Shown here piece by piece: positions 50,571-64,000 of a stretch of 64,000 bases of DNA. This stretch comes from Blastocladiella emersonii ATCC 22665 (Eukaryota > Fungi > Blastocladiomycota), in contig JANHCV010000017.1 in the NCBI GenBank assembly GCA_025594325.1, positions 1 to 64,000 of the forward strand. The letters are read 5' to 3'. Under the pieces are notes generated by a model. It was given only the letters and a program-made list of their open reading frames with translations. It did no database searches and was not told where the DNA came from. The position numbers and the translations under genes are program-made. Each line of letters opens with the position of its first letter. Position 1 is the stretch's first letter.

Positions 50571-52611
50571 ATGAATGACAAATCTTATGTAACCCCTCGC
50601 CGCATCGTGTGGACTGGCGCGGTCTCGCCGAGCTCGTTCTCGGCGCGTGTTCAGGTCCGCGGTCAAGGCGTGCTCCCACATTCCGGCAATCGTTTACGCG
50701 GACCATCTTGTAGGCGAACGCCGGCGATCGCATTTTTGTGAGCCCGGACCCCCGCTTTCCCTTCTCGAGCGATCCGTCAAAGTACCAGGTCATGTCGCTA
50801 GCGTATTCAAACCTCACGGTTACACCCGACCTTGGGCCATCGTTCACCGGTTTCTCTATCGCGGGCGTCAAAGTACTCGGTCTCCAGGCCAACACGACCT
50901 ATTATCTTGGTCTCGTCCCGAGCGGGTCAGGCGGGGAGCCTACGGTCGTTGCCCGTGTCCAGACATTTCCGCCAGAGGGGCAGTCTTACTGCTTCCGATT
51001 CTCGGCCGGCGCGTCCGCGAGGTGGCAAGGCGACTGTATGTATGCACGCGGTTCCTCGATCTCGAGCTTACTTTGCACTTATACTGTAGCTGTCGCGGGC
51101 AAGTCTTACGCGGCGATGCTGGCAAAAGATCCCATGTTCCACCTTCAACTCGGTAACCTGTTCCACGGTGACATTTCGTCCAACGATCTGGCACCGTTCA
51201 AGGACCAGTACGAGTCCGTTCTCGGCGGCAGCAAGCTGCAAAACGCCTTCTTTGCGAACCGACCCGTCTTCTACATCTACGACGACCGTGACTTTGGGAC
51301 CGACAAGGCGTACGTGACACCCCCACTCTCCACTGACTGCGCCCTTGAGCTGCGCCTTACACTCGCCTCGGCGTAGGAATGCTGGGTCACCCTCCGCGAC
51401 GGCTGCCATGTGGGCCTTCTCGGCCTTCTATCCTCACCCGACACTTCCAACGATTAGTGGTGCAGCGGTGGGATTCCAGGCCTTCACCGTTGGACGTGTT
51501 CGCTTCATCTTGACCGATCTTCGCAGCCAAGCTTCGGACGCGGCCGTCGATCCAGCGCTTCGCACGACTCTGGGCTCCGCTCAGCGCGACCTTCTGCTCC
51601 AGGAACTCGCCGGTTTCCGGCGTTACAAGCTGGTGCGATCGAGCACGTCACCGTCACCGTCACCTTCACCTTTTGCTGACTGTTTGCGCGGCTGCTAGAT
51701 CATCTGGGGCAGCACCAAGGCGTGGAGCGGGCCCGCCGATGCTTCCTCGGATCAGTGGCCAGGATTTGCTGCCGAGCGGCAGCTCATCGCGAACATCATC
51801 TCGCAGCTCGGCGTCAACAACTTGCTGATGCTCGCGGGGAACACCAACATGCTTGCTGCTGACGACGGGACCAACACCGACTACTCAACAACCACCAACG
51901 GGACGGGGGCCGGGTTCCCGCTAATGCACGTTGCGCCAATGTCCAACTTCGGGGCAGCAAACAGTACGTCGAGCATGCGGTTGCACGGTACCGCTCGTCA
52001 CCAACACTGACTGTGTGCGTCGAGTAGCTGGGCAGTACTCGGCGGGCCGCTACGCCTTCCAGCTGTACCCCAACTTCCACTTTGCAACGATCGACGTGAC
52101 TGACACAGCGACGAGCACCTGCGCACTTCTCCGCGGGTGGACGCCTGGGTTTCCTGCGCTCATCTCCCTCGAGACGTGCCTCAATTCGACCTCGCCGTCA
52201 ATCGTTCGCTCGAACCCGAACCTCGCGACGGCGCCAGGATCCGCGTCCCAGGCCGCGGCCATCATCCCATCGCTGTCGGCCTTCCCGAACTTTGCCCTTT
52301 TGACCATCGTGTACTTCGGCCTGATCGCAGTCGGTATCCTGGCGGCGATCCTGTGGAAGATTGCGCGTTTGCAGGGGTGGCGCATCATCAGTGCCCACGG
52401 CGGGAAGCGGCGCCGCGGCCACAGCTCTCGGAGCCGCAGCAGGAGTTCTTCGAGCGGCGCGGGTACGCAAAAGAGCGGAATCGGCCGCCGGAGTGGCAAC
52501 GCGGTCGCGGCCGGCGGTACTGGCGGCGGCGGCGGCAAGCGGCGGCGGCACTCGTCGCAGTCCTCTGCGGGCGCGCGGCTGGACCTCGAGGTCGCCGTGT
52601 ACACGAGCTGA
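50571..52611 (+). CDS. PhoD-like (alkaline phosphatase D fold) membrane-anchored protein, metal ligands degenerate (multi-exon)
   Basis: VWTGAVSP, QLGNLFHGD, YIYDDRDFG, FTVGRVRFILTDLRS, DQWPGFAAERQ, LAGNTNMLAADDG, with a C-terminal TM helix. Confidence 0.7.
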
Positions 52612-52726
52612 AGGGTTTGGAGCGGGTCTGAAGGGGTCGGAGCGGGTAGTAATCAGAAAATGCGAGCGTGCAATCATTTCATTCAGTGTGGACGGGTGGT
52701 GGGAGAGAGGACGAGCAACAGCAGCT

Positions 52727-58116
<5,390 letters not shown>

Positions 58117-58151
58117 GGTGCTGAGGGGTGGCGGGTTCCGGCAGTCGCGGG

Positions 58152-58183
<32 letters not shown>

Positions 58184-58531
58184 GCCGATCTCGGAGGTGG
58201 GACGGAGGCCGACGAGGGGAGAGCAGACGAGGGGGGGGGGGGGGAGAGCAGACGGCGGCGCGGCTGACGTGATCCGCGGCCGCACCGCCGTGACCGCGGT
58301 CACATGATATCCGACGCGTCGCCGCCGCGCGTGCGGGACGTGCGAGACGCGCGACACGTGCGAGGGAGGCAATTTGAAATGCCGCGAATACTGGTTGGAT
58401 CCAGTCGCGGCACGGCACCGCCACGGCACCGGCACGGCACCGGCCCCGCCTCCTCCTGATCGCTGCGGCCTAGCTCAACCTCCACCTCCACGCTCCGTCT
58501 GCAGCCAAGCAACCCCCCACGCATCAACACC

Positions 58532-59233
58532 ATGGCCCGCTCCCGCTCCCGCTCTCCCGTCATCGCCCTCCTCGCCGCCATCGTGCTCGCGTGCCTGGCG
58601 GGCGCCGTGTCCGCGGCGACGCCGACCGTGATCGTGCCCGAGTCGGGCCTCGCCGCCCTGCCCGCGGGCCTCTCGGCCAAGTGCCGCGCCGCGCTCAGCT
58701 CTCCGATCGCCTCGTGCGACGAGGACGCCCTCTTCTTCACCCCGAACCCCGCCAAGCTGTGCGGCACCAAGTGCCTCGACGACATCAACGCCTTCCTCGA
58801 CACCGCCAAGTCGCAGTGCGCCGGCGACCTCGCCAAGCTCTACCCGACCTCGCTGCACCCCGACGCCCTCGCCAACTACCTGCGCCGCTCGTTTGCCGCC
58901 TCGTGCGCCGCCTCCGACTCGGCCAATTGCGAGGTCACCATCTCGGCCCGCCTCAAGGCCGCCAACCTGCCCGCCACCGCCGACGTGGCCGCCGTCCCCA
59001 AGTCGACGCTCTGCACCGACTGCGTCTCCAAGCTCATGGCCGTCGCCTCGCAGTACCCGCTGCCCAACGGCAACGACGCCACCGAGAAGCGCGTCGAGGC
59101 CCAGGTCGACAGCGTCTGCTCGGGCAAGTACGCCGCCCTCTCCGTCAAGAACTCGGCCGCCGCCGCCGGCCTCTCTACCAGCCACGTCCTCACGGGCGCC
59201 GCCGTCGTCGTCGGCCTCTCGAACCTGCTCTGA
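58532..59233 (+). CDS. Secreted Cys-rich, probably GPI-anchored protein (233 aa)
   Basis: Signal peptide IALLAAIVLACLAGAVSA, multiple Cys, and a small-residue omega region followed by a hydrophobic C-terminus. Confidence 0.75.
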   Translation: MARSRSRSPVIALLAAIVLACLAGAVSAATPTVIVPESGLAALPAGLSAKCRAALSSPIASCDEDALFFTPNPAKLCGTKCLDDINAFLDTAKSQCAGDLAKLYPTSLHPDALANYLRRSFAASCAASDSANCEVTISARLKAANLPATADVAAVPKSTLCTDCVSKLMAVASQYPLPNGNDATEKRVEAQVDSVCSGKYAALSVKNSAAAAGLSTSHVLTGAAVVVGLSNLL

Positions 59234-59352
59234 GCGCGCACACGCCGACCGACGACGCACGAGGAGCGAGATACCATTTTCCATGTGAATACATTGCTCT
59301 AGCTATCGTTACGTTACATTGATTGGTTGGCCTGGCCCAAACCGAAGCCCGC

Positions 59353-60745
59353 TCACACCTCCACGTCGATCCCCTGCTCCTGGAGGCCCGCCTGCACCTT
59401 CTCCAGCCGGTCCTTGACAGGCGCCATGCCGTCCGAGCTGTAGTCCTGCCGCAGGATCACCTCCTCGACAATCTCGCCCGTGAGCTCGCAGTTGTCGGGG
59501 CAAGAGTACACAAAGTACGTCCCAAAGTCGTACGAGCTCGGGTTGTTGAGGTCCAGCGGCAGGTAGCTGAGAAGCGTCGGCAGCAGCTGGCACTCGAGCG
59601 TGCGCGCAGCACCGCACCGCGGGCACGCCGGCACGTCGCTGGGCACCGGCTTGCCGAGGTCGCTGACGAGGAGCGACACCGGCGGCACCTCGTCGCTGAC
59701 GCGGAGGTACCGCAGCACCTGTCCCGGGTACCGCTCGAGCCGCTTCTGGAACCGCAGGAACGCCTTGTCGACGCCCGTCTCCGACTCCTCGTACTCCTCG
59801 TCCTCGACGGGCTTGGGCGGGAGCTTGACGAGCGACCCGGGCGCCATCTTGTCCGTGAGCTCCTCGGGCTCGCTCACCACCTCGAGCTCGGGGTACTGCC
59901 ACCGCAGCCGCACCAGCCGCGCCAGGTCCTCGGCCACGGCCTGCTCCTCGAGCTCACCGCCCTCGACCAGCACCTTGCAGTGCTCCTTGTGCAGCCCCGT
60001 CGACCAGTGTGCCTGCTGGTGCTCGCGCGAGCAGTACCACACGGAGCGGCACCCGCTGCACCGCTTACCCGCGAGCGCACCACATACGACGCACTGGTGA
60101 GCCGCCTTTTCCTTGTAGGCGTCCTTGAGCTCCGTCTCCTCGGTCTCGGCGTCCGTCTCAAAGTACGCAAAGTATGGGTTGTCGTGCGCCATCTGGGCGC
60201 GGAACACGCGGGTGCTGCACAGGGTAAGCCAGGCGGGGGGTTTGCGTCAGTTGAAGGCAACTCGAATCCCATCCGCGTAGGAAACGCGCACCACTTGCGG
60301 TAGTCGCCCTTGTGGCATGAGCCCTTGCGGCACACGTAGACGTAGAGGTAGCGATGGAACGCCTCCGCGGGAAACTCTTCGGCCGTGTAGATCTACCCGC
60401 CGTTTGACGCGTGAGCGAGCGGATCCCGGTGCGGACGGGGCGCGTAAGGTGGCGCACCTGCATCAGGAGAATCATGGGCTCGTTGCAGTTCTTGCACGCG
60501 AGCCGCTCGGGCGCCATGGGCTTGGCGGGATCGAGCCAGTACTAGCGCAGAGGGGGGCGGGTCCGCGTCAGCACTCCAAGAGACAGTGACGCGTGCGCGT
60601 CTCAGCACCTAACGCGACATACAGGCTTTCCGCCCAGTTTGGTCGGGAAGAACTTGATGGAGAGCGGCTCATCGTCCTCGTGAGGCTGCTCGACAAAACC
60701 GAGCTGGACGCTGGGAAGGGCGGGCTCGTTCTCGCCAACTGACAT
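59353..60745 (-). CDS. PDCD2: PDCD2 (zf-MYND + PDCD2_C), multi-exon
   Basis: FPTKLGGKP, CKNC..MILLMQ, FHRYLYVYVC, CVVCG..RCSGC..YCSREHQ..HW, FQKRL..PGQVLRY, CPRCG..ECQLLP, DFGT. Confidence 0.92.
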
Positions 60746-61086
60746 GGTGACCGCGGTTCGATGCGTATTGCGGGGTGCGCCCTCAGTGTTTCATGGATGG
60801 TGTGGTCTCGAGCAGAGACGGGCCAGGGGCAGGGTCGATGACGAGCGCATTGTATCCGGGTGGCGTCCACGGGCCAGGTGCGCTCACATGCCGCGTTGCC
60901 GGGCGGGGTGCCGTGTCTCGCGCCAGGGCCTGCGCCGCAGTGTCGGCACTGCCTGCGTCATCTCGGCCGGACGCCCGGCCCGATTTCTCTCCCCTCCTCA
61001 CGATCGCGCCCCGCTTGCACATGTAAAGTAAATACTCTCCGTCTCCCACACGACGAAGCCTCTCTCTCCCCATCGCGAACGACACC

Positions 61087-62856
61087 ATGGCAGCCTCCCA
61101 GATGCGCCCCACCCAGCGCCCCACCGGCGAAACCCAGCCTCTGCTCGCGGGCAACCCATCCACAGTTCCTCCTCCTCCTGCCTACACGACACCAGCGAGC
61201 GCGGGCGACACCTCGATCGCTTCTCTTGAGCACGCTGTTGGCCCATCCAGCCCCGACTCGGACCGCAGTGACGACACCTCGGGTCAGCGCCTGACCCTCA
61301 AGACCGCCACCTCGGAAATGGCCCACACTATCCGGCTGTCGCTCCCGTGCATCTTGAGCTATGTCCTGTCGTTCGCCAACCGCTTCGTGGTGACGCTTGT
61401 CGTGGGCCACCTCGGTGCCAAGGAGCTCGCGGCGTCCACGCTCGCCGTGATGGTACACAACATCTGCCCCGGGCCGCTCGCTCAGCGTGCACAGTCCACT
61501 AACAATAGCCGATTTCTAGTTCACGAACGTGCTTGGCTTCTCGATCTGCTTCGGTGTCACCTCGGCCCTCGACACGCTGGCCTCGCAGGCCGTGACGGGC
61601 GCGGCCAACCCGCGCCAGGCCGGCGTCTTCCTGCAGCGCGCTATCCTCATCAACCTGCTGTTTGCGATCCCGCTCGCTATCGTGTGGCTGTTTGCCGAGC
61701 CGCTGCTCGTGCTGGCGCACCAGGAGCCCGAGCTCGCCAAGCTCGCGGGCAACTACATCAAGATCATGCTCGCTGCCCTCGTGCCCAACATCATCTCCAA
61801 TTGCGTTACCAAATTCCTCATCGCGCAGGGCTACACTAGCTCGCAGTTCGTTGTGTCGGCCACCGTGTTCCCGTTCAACGTCGCGCTGCAGTACGCGCTC
61901 GTCTACTACCCGAGCCGCTTCCAGCTCGGCTTCTACGGCGCGGCAGTCGGCTCCGTGGTTGCCGACACCGTCTCAATGCTCGGTATCATCGCCTACACCG
62001 TCTACTGGAACGGGCACCAGTGCTGGAAGCCGTGGAGCCGCGAGGCCCTGTCCGGTTGGCGCCAGTTCCTCAAGCTCGGGCTGCCCGGTTTGGTCATGGT
62101 GTGCAGCGAGTGGTGGTTGTTTGAGGTACGAACGCGGTCCGTGGCCCAATCTGCGCTCTGTTTGCGTATTAACACGCCAGCAACCCGTAGGTCGTTGCGC
62201 TCGTTGCGGGATCGCTTGGTTCCGAGACTCTCGCCGCGCAGAGCATCCTTCTCAACTCGTGCTCCCTCCTGTACATGGTCTTCCTTGGCATCTCGGTTGC
62301 GAATAGCAGCCGCGTCGGCAACTTGCTCGGTGCAGGCAAGGCGGTTCGCGCAAAGTTCTCCGCGCAGGTCTCGCTTATCATGTCGTTTTGCGTGGCCATC
62401 ATGATCTCGACGGGCCTCATGGTGTTCCGCCACGACTGGGGGCGCATCTTCAACAACAACGAGAACGTCATCAAGCTGGTCGCGTCGGTGCTTCCTGTTT
62501 GCGCTCTGTTCCAGTTTGCCGACGGCGGCGTGTGCGTCGTGGGCGGGATCCTGCGCGGGTGCGGCAAGCAGAAGATTGGCGCGCTGCTCAACCTCGTGTC
62601 GTACTACTTGATCGGCCTGCCAGCGGCGCTCCTGTTCACCTTTACCTTCGACCTCGGGCTCCTCGGCATTTGGCTCGGGCTCGCGGGGACGCAGATCATG
62701 TGCTACGGGGTCCAGGTTCTCTATGTCCTGTACGCGGTCGACTGGGATTTGGAGGTTCGCTACGCCCAGGACCGCGTCAACGAGACGGACCGCCAGATGC
62801 TCCTCGACCGCGCCACCGACTTTGTCGAGGACGACGACCCCGAGTACGGTCGTTGA
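61087..62856 (+). CDS. MATE family multidrug efflux transporter (multi-exon)
   Basis: VGHLGAKELAASTLA, ALDTLASQA, LGLPG..CSEWWLFE, RVGNLLGAG, GILRGCGKQKIGA..NLVSYYLIGLP. Confidence 0.93.
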
Positions 62857-63234
62857 AGAGCGGAACGGATGTTCCCCGAACTCAACCCATCAACGCTCCC
62901 GCCTGCCGCGCGCTCGCGGGTCCGGCTTCAGCACATACCCTAGCATGAATGTTGTCCGCGCCCCTCGTTCTCGCCCACCCACCCACCACCTACCTACCTG
63001 CCTTTCCTGTTGAACTAGGAGCCCGTGTGCTCGACCTATACTTGAATAACAATCCACGACTTGACTTTGCACTCGTACGGCCTCGCGCATTGCACCAGCA
63101 GTTGCGAGACGCGACGGAATAACACGTGTGCGGAGGCGCGGTAACCGACGCGCGTGCGCCACACACGCTTGGCGCGCGCCCATTACCTCCCGCCCTCGCG
63201 CGACCCGCTGCCGCAGCAGCACCTACGAATCCAC

Positions 63235-64000
63235 ATGCCATCAGCAGTTCATGCATCGGGCGCATCGCCCTCTCCGCCAGCGTCGCCCGTCGTGGCGGCG
63301 CCGCCCCCGCCACCCCCGCCGCCGGCCCCGCCGGTTGCCGGCGACGGCGCGGCCTACGACGTGTTCACGGCGCCCTTCAACTGCAGCCCGCTCGACGACA
63401 AGACCTTTGACGCGGTTGCCTACATCAACCAGATCTTCCCGTCGGGTGCGTCGTCGTCGTTGTCGCTGTACGCGGCATGAGCTGGGCTGACGAGGCGCCG
63501 CGTCCAGAGCAATCGCTGTCGTCCATTGACCTGGTGCTCGCCAAGCTGCGGCGGCGCGTGCGCACCATGGACGACCGGATCCAGGAGAACTTGCGGCAGC
63601 AGACGGACCGCGGCAAGAACAATGCGACCCAGCTCGAGTCGGTGACGCGGGCGATGCAGGACCTGGTGGGCCACATTGTGAGCATCAAGGAGAAGAGCAA
63701 GGAGTCGGAGCGCGTGGTCCAGGACATGACGCGCGACATCAAGTCGCTCGACTACGCCAAGCGCAACATCACACACAGCATGACCGTGCTCAAGCGGCTC
63801 GGCATGCTGACCATGGCCGTGAACCAGCTCAAGGAACACGCGGCCAAGCGCCAGTACCGCCAGATCGTCCCGCTACTCCAGGCGATCCGCCAGCTCGAGT
63901 CGCACTTCCGCTCGTTCCGCAACGTGCCCAAGGTGGCCGCACTGCTCAACTCCCTGCACTTTATCCAGGCCGATCTGCGCAAGCAAATCTTTGAGCTCTT
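63235..64000 (+). CDS. VPS53: GARP complex subunit Vps53, 5' part (runs off the window)
   Basis: FDAVAYINQIFP, an intron, then EQSLSSID..IKEKSKESERVVQDMTRDIKSLDYAKRNITHSMTVLKRL. Confidence 0.93.

Overview
High-GC, intron-containing eukaryotic DNA. The gene content and short GT..AG introns (often GTACG donors) suggest an early-diverging fungus, possibly Blastocladiomycota-like; this is an inference. The window has two parts. (1) ~1-19.7 kb is a nested transposon block. It holds a CpG-eroded 5' copy of the SRAP/HMCES gene and two head-to-tail Helitron2/Helentron-type elements, one with a spliced, pseudogenised PIF1-type helicase and one carrying a LINE RNase H/zinc-finger fragment. It also holds a third Helentron 3' end and a candidate short-TIR element with TGGATCCA subterminal arrays. 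Inside that element sits a young 7.7-kb Ty1/copia element (11420-19147, TSD TCCAC) with non-canonical AG..CT LTR ends, a half-tRNA(iMet) PBS, a G GGA AAC + stem-loop -1 frameshift signal between gag and pol, and a deleted integrase core. A 321-bp TRIM-like mini LTR element (59-bp identical LTRs, TSD AAGGA) is inserted in the last bases of the third Helentron end. (2) ~20-64 kb is a compact host gene region: Cla4-type PAK kinase, PIG-X/PBN1-like, COG7, TOE1, HMCES, an F-box/XPA-like fusion, NDUFB3, AFG2B/SPATA5L1, SART3/Prp24, DOPA 4,5-dioxygenase, a carrier-like protein, a PhoD-like protein lacking several metal ligands, an ABCC/MRP transporter, a GPI-type Cys-rich protein, PDCD2, a MATE transporter, the 5' end of VPS53 and several orphans. 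Family calls come from motif recognition by eye, not database searches. Exon boundaries are approximate unless stated.
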